Of a stretch of 64,000 bases of DNA, positions 32,929 through 46,500 are shown piece by piece; position 1 is the first letter of the stretch, and each line of letters starts with the position of its first letter. The notes under the pieces were generated by a model that had not been told where the DNA came from, did not search any database, and saw nothing but the letters and a program-made list of their open reading frames with translations. The stretch is from Hamiltosporidium tvaerminnensis FI-OER-3-3 (lineage: Eukaryota > Fungi > Microsporidia). The position numbers and the translations under genes were made by a program. The stretch is taken from positions 682,001 through 746,000 of the forward strand of contig CM061251.1 in NCBI GenBank assembly GCA_022605425.2, read 5' to 3'.

Positions 32929-35900
32929 AGGGCTATATAAACAAGGATTTATTAAATCTCAACGAGGCAGATATTCTTATTTAATTTAAGAAAAATAAAA
33001 GTTTAGAATTTAAATTTAAGAGAAATAAAAGTTTCATATTTAATTTTTACAATAAATATTTTATATTTCCTGTTTAAATCTGAATTTCTGGGATTTATAA
33101 TTAAAAATTCTTTTTCAGTTGTAAAGTTTGAGTTTTTAAAATAGATCTCATTCTAAATTTATAATTATTTGAATTCTTAAAGTATTCTATTTATAAGATA
33201 AGTTTAAGAAATTGATTTGGTGCTTAAATTTTAAGCAATTTTTAAAATAAGCTTTTAAATGGTTTTAATCAAACTGATTTTAACTTACATTTTGTTGAAT
33301 AAAAATTCAAACAAGATATCGATTTGATTAAAATTATTTAAAAATGTAGTATATCAATTAGTAATTCTGTCTTTTAGACTTAACATTTAAATTTGAAAAT
33401 TAAATTATTTAAATCACCGGACATAAAATTTTATAAATTTATAAGTATAAGTAAGGCAGTGTGCATTTGTCAATAACGGTTTTTATCTTTGAATCATACA
33501 ATGGAAATTCTGTTGAGTTAGCTTTGTTTTATAGTGATTATTATATATTAAGCCAAATCTCAATAATCCTTTAATATTTGTAAGAGTCGAGATATTATCT
33601 TTTCCATAGATCTTAAATAAAACGAAAACCTTCTCTTTAGGTCGTAAGAAGTAAAGAATAGAATGATAGATCTGACAGAAATTTGAATAGAACCTTCTTG
33701 ATGTTATCCTGTAAAAAGCAGACGTATAAAAATATCTTCTACTTTATAACACAATTACATCAACAAGTAATAATTTTTTAGGTAAATAAAGCCATAAAAT
33801 ATTAGACATGTACTTTTAGATTATAAGATCGCAGATAAGTATCTGGCAAATAATTTTAATTTGAACAAGAAATTGAAAAAATACAAAAAAGCGACAATTA
33901 GATAAATTATTTTAGAGATAGAGTGAATAAAACGCACAAATCGGCAATTAAACAAAAAAAAATATTTCTTTAGATCTGATATTTTAAAATATCTTAATTT
34001 ATAACCAAGAAAACATGCTATGCTTTCTTAGCAATAAAATGTTAAGCTCAGCTTTTAATAATAATTTATTAAAAAGAATTTTTATTTGTATATCTTTTCT
34101 GTTTCCTTTTAAAAAAATTTTTCGTCCATATTTAGTGACTGATTTTTAAATTATTAAAATACGAAATAGTACCATGCAGATATAATAGTATTGGCATCAA
34201 ATATCTTAAAAAGTTATAAAAAAGTTACTTTTATATGAAATAATTCAACAAATATAAATTTCTTATGGTTTATTTTACGTGATTTTCATTTACTCTTGCT
34301 TTTTAATCCTTAAATACAATATTTGAATTTGATTAAGAATTGATTAATCTTTTTTGAAAGAGAAATATTTTAATTGTATTACTTATAAAATTAGAATCAC
34401 AGAAAATAATTTGTTTAATATAAAACCTAAATGTGATAACCAACTATAGGAGTCAAAAAAAATTACAAAAACGCTATTTTTAAATAGAAACTTTTTTATT
34501 TTTTATATTTAAAAACCATGTTAAATTTCTTATCACATGCAGAGATTAACAATCTTGATACAGTTTTTTCTTAATATGGCTTTTGAAGAAAGTTTAAAGA
34601 ATATGTTTTATAAGTAAGTTGTTCTAACAAGGATATCTTCAAACAAATAGACTTATACTCAGAAATAAAAACAATCGTAGAGTAAATTATAATAACTAGA
34701 AAAGATATTTTTTAAAAAAACACAAAAAACAACCTTCTAATACTGAAGACTTGTTTTATAAAGAAAGATTGATAGATTAAGAAAGAAGAAATCTTAATAA
34801 TATTAAAGAAATAGGATTCAGATTATTATTCACTTTATCTACCGAATTTCAATGTAAAAAGTAACGTATAGAAATTCCAAACAACGCATCTGGGTTGGAA
34901 AATGAAGAATCTGCAGCTATGTCTCAAATTGATCAACTCGTATAATATATAATCAAATAAGTCATTTCTTACGATAACATCAATTGATGCAAAATATTCG
35001 TGGTATATCGAGAAAATTTATTGAGTTAATTAAAGGAATTAGAATAACGAAGATAACGGATATCTGAAATGTAGAGACCTTGGATATTTATTGAATTTCT
35101 ATTTTATTGCTCTATTAATATAGCTTAATATATTGTATAGTTGGCTATAATAAAATATTTAATTAGTCGTAAATTAAGGGATTAACAGAGTTTATGTTGA
35201 AAAATTAGCAAATTTGTTGAAATAGAATTTCTATGTTTGCATTACGTAAGGTTTTTAGGAAGAAATACAGAAATAAGATGTTCTAAACAATTATTCAAAC
35301 ATTTAATTTCAAAGCTGATAGAAATTGATTTTATTGTAAAAAAAACCGTTGAAATTATTGATAAAATCGTATTTCATCTATTAAATTATGAGGTTTGGTC
35401 ATTTATATACATCCAATCCAAACATATCTTAACGTAAAGTAAATATAAAATTTGCATTTTGTGGTATTAAAAATTAAAATAATCAAAAAAATCAGAATTC
35501 GAGGAGAGATTTCAGTCTAAAATAAAATCTAGAATTCTCCCAAGAAATAAAAAAGGGGCCTGTTTATAGCAATTTGAATAGAGTGCTATCATTATTAGCT
35601 TTCAATAATTCATTTTAGATCGAGATTTTTTTATTTCTAGAATGGAAAAATAAGCAGATTTTTTTCAGTATATTATTATATTCTGTTACAGAGGAGCAAT
35701 CTTCATAAAGATTCTATAATGTATCTATTTATAGGAACAAAATGTGAAGTTTTTTCAATATTAAACTGTATTAAAAACTGCAAATAAATCCAAATAGTTT
35801 AAAAGTTTAATTTGATGACGAAAAAGAATATCAAATTCATATTGAATACAGAACAAAAAAGCTATAAAAATGAAATACTGTTGTTATATACAGTTAATTT

Positions 35901-36896
35901 ACATTTTATACTTTAGTTTAGTATTCTAGTATGCAGACAAAATTTCTTTATATTGGTACGGTATTTATTTTCCAGGTTTTTCAGTTGATTTTTAAATCTA
36001 AAATTTTTAGCTTTTTATGTCATTTATAGTTTCTTTTTTAAAAATACATAGTAATGAATTCTTAGATCTTATAGTGTTATCATACTGATATATTTCTTTT
36101 TCGGATGTATTATTTTAAGATTTTTGATAGTAAAATAAGTGAAGTTTAATTTTTGCAGTTAGATTTTCTACTTTCGTTTCCATTACAGTCTGGCTTGCCT
36201 TTCATAATGGAATAAAACAATACTTTCTGTTTTGGAAATATAGTTTTGCCTAACATATTTATAACTGTAGTTTATTATAATTGAAGAAGTTTTTATTATC
36301 AGCCATTATCGCTTTTATTCAGAGAATATTTTCAAAGACCCAGCTGTTTTAATTATACTATCGTATCATATATTTCAACCCAAAAATATTCTTTTTTTGA
36401 TTCAATATTTGTGTATTATTAAGTTTTATAGAAGGAAAAATTAAAATAATGAAAATAGCCTCTAAGTAATAATTTATAAAAGAAATAAGTATAATATATC
36501 ATTATAAAAACATATTCTAAACCGTTATCTTATATTGGTGAGAGATACTCAATTTGAGATTTTAATCTTTTAATTTGCAGATTTACTCCTGTAATACTAA
36601 TCATTCCGCTCTAAAAAGACAGAAAACTCCATAAGTGTTTTAGATTCTAATAATAATTTCTCGAAGACTGTAATCCTATGAATTATATCGTAGAATATTT
36701 ATTTATTATCAATTTTGATTTAAATCGAGACGTTAATCAATAATATAGATGACCAAGAAGATAAGTTATAGTACTAATGTAGTTTTAATGATTTTTATGA
36801 TTATAAATATTTCAGACAGAAAAATATACGGAGTATTAAATATTTATTTATAGAAATAATATGTTAATTAAGTTAATAAATACACATTTTTAATGA

Positions 36897-39155
36897 TTAA
36901 AAATTCATAAATATTAGATTTTCTTCTGAAAATAATTCTTCAATCTGTTGTAGTGTCTTTTTTTTGTAAGAACTTCCTTTGTTTATAAGTATTTTACAAT
37001 TTGAATTACTATTTTGTAGGAATTTAAACTTTTTGTATTTTATTTTAATAAATAAAATTTTTAATATTCTTAGATTTTTAAATTTCATGAGAGATTTCAT
37101 AAATTTATTTGATAAGTCTGAGGAAGAGCAATCTATATATTTTATTGTAGTATATATCGGGATGGAATCGGCTCTAAAAAAACAGTTGTTAATAAAGTGA
37201 CATCCAGATAAACTTAAATATTTCAATCGATCAATGTTCTCTATAGATTGTATGTCTTCTATTCTTATAGTATTTTTATCATATTTTAGTATTTCTAATG
37301 ATTTACAAATATTTTCATTTAATATGTAAATCAAATTTCCGCCATTTCTTGTTGTATTAGATAAATTAAGATTTTTTAATTTCAAAAATCCTATAAAAAT
37401 ATTTCGAGTTAAAATTCTAAAATATTTACCCGATAAATTAATTTTTGTTATGTTTTCTTTATTTGTAAATTCTAATGAATAGATAGAAAAGCTGATGGAA
37501 TTTAATGAGTAAGATAGATCTATTTTATCTAGAAATTCAGATTTTGTTACGTAAGTAAATAGAATAAATGGAAATTTGGTAAAATTGAGTGTGAAGTTTT
37601 GTACTTTAGAAAAACAATTACTTTGATTGGGAGAATATTCTGATGCGATATCAAATTCACAGTACTTAAATTTAAGTGTTTTTAAATGAGCAAAATTTAA
37701 TATTGAGTATAATTCTTGTTCATTGATGGTGAAAATATAGATTTTTAATATTTCTAAATTATTTTTGAAGCTTAAATTTGAAATATCAAAATCTTTACTT
37801 TTTTTTAAGTACGTGTAATGATATCCATGTAATATAATAGTTTTTAAGGACGAAAAATGATTTAAAGTAACAAATATTTCAGATAAACGTATAAAATCAA
37901 ATCTACACTCAAAATGAGTTAATTTATCAGAAAATATGTTTATAAAGTTTGAATCAAAAAAGAAAGGATCTGTTTTTTCTGTCATAAATTCTATTTTTAA
38001 ATTACCTAGTTTTTCAAAGTAAATAATATTTTGTTCAAAGACTGATTTCATATTAAATTCATAGATTTTTAAATATTTTAAATTTGGCAAACTTTCATTT
38101 AATAAAGGAAAACATTCATATGTAGAATCCTTTTTTAATGAATTTATAAATACAAGTTTTTTCAAATTAGTATAGGATTTCAATTCATAGAGATGTGATG
38201 AGTTTATAGTTGTATTTAAGAATATTAAAGTTTCTATTTTCTTAAAAGTGTCTATTCTAGAAAATATAATCAAAAATGTTAAACATATTACAAAAGAATC
38301 GAATTCTAATTCCTTAATAGAAGAATGTTCAAATAATTGTGATATTCTGTTCATATGTAGAAGATTATTTAAACTTTTTATATTAATTATTTTTAATCTT
38401 TTTATTTCGATTTTAGTTAGAATATATTTTATAAAATCTTGTTTTTTAGTATCTCCATCTATAATTTTATAAAGCTTTTGTAATATTGACTTAGTTAAGC
38501 AGAAAAAAATTTCATTTTTCAACATTTTATCAAATTCTATAATATTTTTTTTATTTTTATTAATAAAATACCTTCCAAAAAGTTCCTGGACATCTCTTTT
38601 AGTGAAGAAATGATATTTTAAAAATTGTTTAAATATAATTACAAATATATTTTGAATATTAGAATCAGAACAATAAAATAATCTATAATTTTTTAAATAT
38701 ATATAATCGATCAATCTTAAATTAATAATTTGACTATACATTAAAATTTTTATACTTTTATTACTTTCGTACTCAAATAATATTAGAAGATCAATCAAAA
38801 TTAAAAAGTTTTTTGCGTTTGATTTGCCATTTATGTAATCTTTACTATTTAACTGATGTAAAACATAAACGATGGTATCTAAATTATACTCTTTGATAAA
38901 TATATCATCAGTTTTTTCCAATTTATTTAATTTAATAAAGAAATCATTTGGATAGTAGAATATTAAAGCATCAGAATCCTTACATGTACTATTAGTATCA
39001 TTACATGCAAAAATAGAAATATAATTCTTCTTATTACAATTTTCTACTTTCATGTCTGTTTTATTGTCTGTTTTATTATCTATTTTATTTGAATTATATA
39101 TTTTTATTTCGGATGCAAGAATTCTGACAAAAATTAAACAAGGAATAAAATTCAT
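36897..39155 (-). CDS. Secreted leucine-rich-repeat-like protein
   Basis: Signal-peptide-like MNFIPCLIFVRILASE and LRR-like units (NLKKLVF, LPNLKYLKI, LKNLNLSNT, LKYLSLSGC). Confidence 0.8.
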   Translation of the reverse strand: MNFIPCLIFVRILASEIKIYNSNKIDNKTDNKTDMKVENCNKKNYISIFACNDTNSTCKDSDALIFYYPNDFFIKLNKLEKTDDIFIKEYNLDTIVYVLHQLNSKDYINGKSNAKNFLILIDLLILFEYESNKSIKILMYSQIINLRLIDYIYLKNYRLFYCSDSNIQNIFVIIFKQFLKYHFFTKRDVQELFGRYFINKNKKNIIEFDKMLKNEIFFCLTKSILQKLYKIIDGDTKKQDFIKYILTKIEIKRLKIINIKSLNNLLHMNRISQLFEHSSIKELEFDSFVICLTFLIIFSRIDTFKKIETLIFLNTTINSSHLYELKSYTNLKKLVFINSLKKDSTYECFPLLNESLPNLKYLKIYEFNMKSVFEQNIIYFEKLGNLKIEFMTEKTDPFFFDSNFINIFSDKLTHFECRFDFIRLSEIFVTLNHFSSLKTIILHGYHYTYLKKSKDFDISNLSFKNNLEILKIYIFTINEQELYSILNFAHLKTLKFKYCEFDIASEYSPNQSNCFSKVQNFTLNFTKFPFILFTYVTKSEFLDKIDLSYSLNSISFSIYSLEFTNKENITKINLSGKYFRILTRNIFIGFLKLKNLNLSNTTRNGGNLIYILNENICKSLEILKYDKNTIRIEDIQSIENIDRLKYLSLSGCHFINNCFFRADSIPIYTTIKYIDCSSSDLSNKFMKSLMKFKNLRILKILFIKIKYKKFKFLQNSNSNCKILINKGSSYKKKTLQQIEELFSEENLIFMNF

Positions 39156-39778
39156 CAATTAAAAATTATGAAATTAATGTTATTTAATACTTTAATATTT
39201 TTTCAGAATTGATTCTCAATTATTTCTTTAGATGAAATTAACTTAAATATATTAAATTTGTAAAATAATTTGTCAGTTATATTGCGATAATTGGATTCTT
39301 AGTTTTTTAATAGATTATAATGCTTAATAATTTAATTTCAAATTATAGTTTATTCTTTAGAATATTTGTTCTAAATGCTCCTTTGTTTGAAAAATTTAAT
39401 TTTACAATTTCTTCTGAAAACTTGATCTTAAATTTAAAAATATTTCTAAGCTAAATTGATATAATATTCTTATTTAAAACATTCAAACGTGTCACAATTT
39501 TCATATTTTCTAGCTATTTTTGGATTCATTGTTCGAATATTTTTTTATAACTGATTAACATGATTATTTTAGCTGTTTTTGATTTGGTATTTAATACTTC
39601 TCTTCCATTAAGATAATCATATAATTTCTCCTTATTTAAAAAATAATTATGCGAGTATTCAATGCCGTTAGGAGCAATAACCAGATATAATAAAGTCTGA
39701 TTGAAGAGAAATTGACCATAAATCATTGTATAATTCATCAGATGTACCCAAAATCATGTTTTATATAGAAAAATATTA

Positions 39779-41532
39779 CTCCCTCTGTCCGGAAATATGG
39801 TATACATTCCAAAAAAACCGTAGATTATCGTGAATATAAAAAATAAATAGGCAACCGTCATGACATTGTCATAGTAAATATTCATGACAATATAACCTAA
39901 AATTTTTGACTTTAGTAATATCATTCTTAGTTAAAAAGTTACCGTTCAAACATCAGTGTTTCTTAAGGTAAAAAAAATTAGTGCCGCTGCAAGACGAATA
40001 TGGAAAATGTGGAAGAAAATTTGTTAAATTCAGAAAAAAGAGATTCAAAATATAAACAGATAACTAAAGAACAACGTCAAGGTATTTTAGAAAAATTATT
40101 ACAGCAGATGAAGGAGAATAAGTTAAAACACGGTGCCATCAACGAAGTTTCTTTTGCCTTTCAAGTTTCCCGGCTAACCGTTAGCAGAATTTGGCATGCA
40201 GCACAAACTCAATACAGAAAAGGCAAGATATGTGCCGATGTTTCTTCAAAAAAGAAAAAAAGATGCGGAAGAAAACCTAAAGAATATTCGAAAAATTTAG
40301 CGCAAATAAGGAATACACCATTAAATCGTCGAGGAACGCTCCGCAGTCTTTCCGTTGCAATTGTTATTCCAAAATCAACTTTGTTTGATATATTCAAGTC
40401 GGGAAAGTATATCAAGAGAATATCTTCTACAGTTAAACCAACTTTAACAGATAAAAATAAAATGGACAGATTGAAATTTTGCTTGTCTAAAGTAAATCTT
40501 GCTAATAATGGAGATTTGCTTTTTGATGATTTGTACGACTACGTTCACATCGATAAAAAGTGGTTTTATCTAACTAAAGTTAAGCGCTCTTATTACTTAA
40601 TGTTAAACGAAGAAAACCCGGAGAGAAACTGCAAAAGTAAGCGATTTATTACGAAAATAATGTTCATGGCTGCAGTAGCTCGACCACGCTATGATGCACA
40701 TAGAAAGCTTTATTTTGATGGGAAAATTGGAATATGGCCATTTGTTTATCAAGCACCAGCTCAAAGAAATTCTAAGAATAGGGCTAAAGGGACAATGATA
40801 ACAAAAAATGTGGAATCTGTTACAGCAGTACATTGCAAAAACATGATCATTGATAATGTAATTCCCGCAATTAAATCTAAATTTCCGCCAGCATACAAAA
40901 AGAAAATAATTTACATACAACAAGACAATGCAAAACCCCATTTTTCTGATAATGATGCAGATATTGTCGCTCTTGGTTCTGCTGATGACTGGAATATTAA
41001 ATTTAAGGCGCAACCGGCAAATAGCCCCGATTTAAATGTTCTCGATTTAGGTATTTTCAACTCCATATAATCGCTGCAACATGAAACTTCGCCACACACA
41101 ATAAACGAATTAATAAATTGTGTTCAAGATGCATTTCATCAATTTGAAGTGAATACTCTCGATAAAATTTTTACAAAATTGCAAGCATGTATAGAGTCAA
41201 TTATGTTAGCAGATAGAGGAAATAGCTATAAAATACCTTATTTAAGTAAAGGAAAACTTCGTCGCGAAGGTCGACTGCTAGAAAAATATGTATGTTCGAA
41301 AGAATCATAGGTTAAAGCCAAATCAAATTTCGAGTGAACTTATTAATTTTAATATTTATTTTTTTAAATTTTATAATATTTACATTAATATTTATTAAAA
41401 TGTTCAAATAAAGGTAATATAATAAACTTGTCACATACATTTTTTGATTTATTTTATTTTTTCGCAAATGTATACCATATTTCCGGACAAAAAAATCGCT
41501 AAAATGTATACCATATTTCCGGACAGAGGGAG
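39779..41532 (+). mobile_element. Complete Tc1/mariner DNA transposon, DD39D (plant-mariner-like) family
   Basis: Perfect 30-bp TIRs CTCCCTCTGTCCGGAAATATGGTATACATT (39779-39808, 41503-41532), TA TSDs (39777-78, 41533-34) and an extra inner TIR copy at 41467-41489. Confidence 0.96.
40000..41337 (+). pseudogene. DD39D mariner transposase with premature stops
   Basis: HTH N-terminus, VHIDKKWFY, QQDNAKPH, then 39 aa to SPDLNVLD. TAA at 41068-70 interrupts NSI*SLQH and the frame continues to 41337 with a further TAG. Confidence 0.92.
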
Positions 41533-41979
41533 TATATTTTTTTTTATCTAGATAGGGTTACAAGATAAACATTTTAATTAATTCCATAAGTAATTAATTA
41601 AAAAATATTTTCTAGATTTAATAAAAAAAATTGATTTTGTTTGAATTAATATTACGTTTTTAAAGCAAAAAAATGCAAACAATTCTCGTAAATTAAAATT
41701 TATTTTGATTTAAAACAGAAGGAAATATGATTTGAAAAGAAAATCTTAAATCGGTTTTAAGTGGCAAAAAATATTGCTAAATCGATAATAAATAAAATAC
41801 AAACATAGTTTATAGTATTTGAATTTTATAAAACAATGGATATAGCTCATAAAACACAATCAAATCATCTACTATTCAGGTATTTTCGAACTTTGATTTT
41901 TTAATTTTAAACAAAGAATTTTATTGTTTTCTTGAATTAAGTACACAACAATTTGACGGAAGAGCTTTAGAATCTATCA

Positions 41980-43580
41980 AGTGTGACCCTAAAGGAGTAC
42001 CAAAAGTTATCGAATTATAGATAAACAGAGAGTTGTTTTTTCGAAAGATGCGTGGTTAGGATATACAGTTAGCCTTCTAAAATGTTGGAATTTTTTAAGG
42101 ATTTGTGAATAAATAAAGGCACCAGAAGAAATTCTACTCATAAATCTATTATGTTACAAAGGAAACTTATATCAAGAATCGAAAGACTTTGTAAAACTGG
42201 TTTATGTTCAAAAATTTTATTTTCTGAAATAAATCAAAAATAGATATTGTTATTAAACATTCATATAGAAGTATTATAGCTTAAACCAGCGGAATTATTT
42301 AAGTTATAGAATGTAGTGCGTATGATATGTAAAAAACAAGGTTTCACCTTCGCCCAGAATGTCAAGAGCCTTGGCTTCCTCCCAGATCAAAACTTTTAGG
42401 AGACCTAGCTAGTAATTAGGTTATAAGTAAATATATACTGCTACAACTCTTAGGATTTTTTTAAAGCGAAGATTAATCAACTTATAGGCAGACATCTTCG
42501 GGATGAGAAGTACCAATAACCTCATTTGCTCTAATGAAAGGCATTAAAAGGCAGAATACGGGTTGTTAAAAGTCAAAAAAAACTTAGAAAATGCCTAACT
42601 TGCAAAAAAACATAAAAAATTGAAAATCTAAAACATATTTAAAGAATTTAGAAGAAAAAACGAATAATTATTGTGGTTTTATTGATTCTTCAGAGGACCA
42701 AAGAAAGTGAATTTTACGCACTGCGATGAAGCGGTCTTCTGCTACGTCCAGGATATAAGAGTATTTTGGGTTCTAGAAAGAAGTCATTAACACGTCAGTA
42801 AATTAGATAGCATTGGAACATTTAACAACTCGATGTTATAAAATGCTCGAAACAGAATATGCCAGACGGCATAACAAAAGTGTAAGATGCCTAGTTACAA
42901 TTTCTAAATATATAAAATTTTAAGTCTTTAAAACGAATTAGCAGTCAACAGCTAAACAAATTTTGTAGATGAAAATACGGAAATAAGTAAACATCAGATA
43001 CGAAATTGATTGCAAAATTTAAATAATAGATACCGAAAAAGATTTTTTAGATAAGATTAAAAGGAAAATAATACACAATCAAATAAGAAATGACTATAAA
43101 GATTGAGTTAAACAGATTAAACTCTAAAAATATGAGAAATTTGACAATAATTTGGATTTGTGTGATAAATTAAGTGTTCAGATATCTGAATGAATATTTA
43201 TGAGATATGTTTTAAAAAATACCACAATAAATATCTTTAAAGACCGCAAATACTTATGAATATATAGGAAATGTAAAGTATAGTATCCAATAAAAACATT
43301 CAAAACAATCTTTAATCGACGAGGAGCGACCTGAAGCAAGGTAAAGAGCTAAAGTGAGTTACGAGAAGAATAAATAGGCTTTATAGAGAAGCAGAATACT
43401 AAAGAAGCAAAAGCTTATGTGAAACGAACAATGATCGACAAAAATGGGTTTTAAACTAAAAAGAAAAATATTTACTCGTTATTTTATAAAGCAATCACTT
43501 TAGGGTAACCGACATTGAACATAAACGAAGATTCGGAATTATAAGAATAATCTAAAGTGGTTAAATCTGTATAAAAATAT
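41980..43580 (+). pseudogene. Heavily decayed, internally deleted copy of the R4-like element
   Basis: cctaaaggagtaccaaa ~ PKGTPK, caccttcgcccagaatgtcaagag ~ HLRPGCKE, gatgaagcggtcttctgctacgtccaggat = DEAVFCYVQD, agacggcataac ~ RRHN, followed by a tail-like region. Confidence 0.75.
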
Positions 43581-46500
43581 ATATAAGACTGCGAATTTAC
43601 TTATCACCTTAAGTTATAAAATAGTTATTTTGTAAAGTTAAATTTTGACCTATAATTAATTTTATGACGTCAAGCTTGTTAAAATATAATATAATCACAA
43701 AATATCGTATTAATTCTATTAATAAGAGTAAGTTGTGTATTTAAATTAGAAATTTTCCTTTCCTTTTTGACAAGACCATCAATTTTAATTTACCATCTTG
43801 TATTACAGTTTAATCAAAGATTTGGTATTTTTTAGTTAAAATTTCATTTTAATTTGTTAGTTTTTTTTGAAATATAGTAGTCTAGATTATCCTTTGATCG
43901 TGTTTAAACATAAAAGTATAAAATTTCTATTTTTGACACTTTAGAAAATGTATACTCGAAAAATATTTCCTACCTTATGTGATAAAAACTCTCAGAAGCT
44001 CTCAATTGATGTTTTTAAGACCATTTTCACACTTTAATTTTTATAATTTCTAAGGCTTTGGTTATTTTAACATTTGATAACGAAAATAGTATGTTTTGCT
44101 CTATTTTGTATATTTTAAATGTAAATATAATGAAATTTGTGCCTTTTTTAAACTCTATGAGCAAAATCTACAAACATGAAACCCATAAATAAAGTTTTCA
44201 ATATCCGATCGAATTATACATTGAAATTACAATAATAATATTTGTTTTATTTTTAGCTTAATGTTATTTAAATCTTGATTTTTCACATTATACAATCTAG
44301 GAAAAATTGTATCAAAAATTATTCTGAAATTTAAATTACATTTATTCAATAGAAAGGTTCATATGGCTCGGGTACAATGCTATTTTTACATTTTAAAGAA
44401 TAAAATTTTCAAAAAACTATAAAAACTTCGAATATCAAATTCCTAGAAAGAAAAAATACTAATGATGTTTTGCGCCCTATTAAGGTATAATTTAAGAGCC
44501 ATTTTGGTGTGTTTTTTTCTTCAAAATAGCTCAACTAGAGCTACACTGCGCTGAATACCAACTATATTCGTTATATTCAAAAAATAAATGCATTCTGACT
44601 AGTAGACAATATTTCCAACCTGCTATTTATACAGTAAGTCTGTAAATTATTTGTCGACTTGATATGAAAACTTATTTTAATATGATTATAAAAGACGGCG
44701 AAATGAAGTTTTTCGGAACTTATATATTAATAATCGCTGATAGATATATATTAAAAACTGCAAATCAAATTAACCATCAGTTTAGAAAGGAATTTAAGCA
44801 ATGGACTTAGAAAGAAAATGAGTTTGCTATATAAGACATCTTAAATTTATGAGTAAAGACAATGTGCATCGAGTTTTGTTTATCACAATTTTTTTCCGCA
44901 ACGACTGCAGTTAATAAATAAACGAACTATTATTCTATATTTAAGAAAAAATATTCGCATTTTTGCATTTAAAATCTGGTTATATCCTTTAAATATACTT
45001 TTTAAGACTTTTAGACATATTGCATACGAAAAAAATCTATTTTTAGATATTTTACACTCGTATTGCAAGTTTATTGACAAATAAGAAAATAAACATATTT
45101 ATGGCTATAATTTTCTAAATATTATATTATATTAGTTATATCTTAAACGAAGCAGCGAGCAGATGAAAAGTGCGTATAAGTCTTATTATAGACGCAAAGA
45201 AGCATTAACAACCAAAACCCTCTATAAAAGAAATGATGAATCAGGGAAAAAATTTTAAACCTTCAAAAATAAAAAAAACTCAAATCTATGATTTTAGATA
45301 GAACTCTAGGTAAAAAATCAAAAATTAACGTAATTTAAAATAAAATTTGACGTAAGATTATTTATTTTATCATTAATTTACGGTTAAGCAATCATTTAAA
45401 ATTATGAAAATTTATTGACCTTGTTATTAATTAAATGATTAAATATATATAAATTTATATTAAACAATTTAATTATTCGTAAAAGTATTTTTTCTATTCA
45501 TGAGTTTTTATGTGAATACTATCGAACTGCATTGATAAAGTGGTAGCCTATTTTTAACATGCTGGAGCATATTTAGACATTGAGTTTCTAAAAAAAACCA
45601 TTTTTAATTTCTGTTGTATTGACAATCTCGTTATTTTTGCGAAGGGAAGCAAGAAGAATTTTTTTTTCCTACCGAAAGGACCCGAAGCACTTTTCAAGAT
45701 TTATTTCTAAATAAATTCTACTGACACAAACCTTTACTTATTTAATTACTCATACATTTCCGATTAGCACCTAATTATGCAGCTAGCCTCACATAACAAT
45801 CCTTAGAGAAAACATAGGCCTTTTCAAATCTGTACCTTCAAGCCAAAGTGGTCTTTCTCTATTTTTCTTTAAAAGAATCTGAAATCGCACGAGCCATAAA
45901 AACATACTTACTTTCTAGATCCTGAAATCATTTCCCAATATTTATCTTATTTTCTCATGTTATTTACCGCTTTTTTACTTTCTTGATATAAATTCTTCCG
46001 ATTCGTGTACTATTTCGGCTATAATTTTCAGATATAACCTTTAAATTTTTCTGTCTTCATTTTTTTAAAAGATATTTGGATTTACTAGAGAATAATCGAT
46101 GTTTTACTTCTACCGTTACTTCTTCTGTGAGATTTCTTCTATATTTTAAAATTTAAATGAGATGTTATAAAGTATTTCGTATATAGGGAGACTTGAAAGT
46201 GTGAATAAAACCTAAATTTAAAGGTAAATCAACAAAGATCTATTTAAAGCAAAGGAATACTCCCATACTATAATAAAAAAATCTAGTGCCTTTTACGTAA
46301 AGCAATTTCAATAGCGAGATAATTTTAATTTCGTGCTATATATCAAACATAGCCATAATTGTAAGATTAAGCGCCCGTGGTACCTTTTCCAAAGTCCTGC
46401 TTCGGTGTCTTTATTCTTATATTGATCATCTAAAGCCCTATTTGAAACTTCTTGCTTTTGCACAAGAGAACTCTCGAATTCAGGCTCCTAAGTCAAGAAC

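Noticed and set aside
41068-41070. Stop-codon reassignment or readthrough suggested by TAA at a conserved Gln in the mariner transposase
   Set aside because: Core genes terminate normally with TAA/TAG and have no internal stops. This is an ordinary C>T nonsense mutation in a dead TE.
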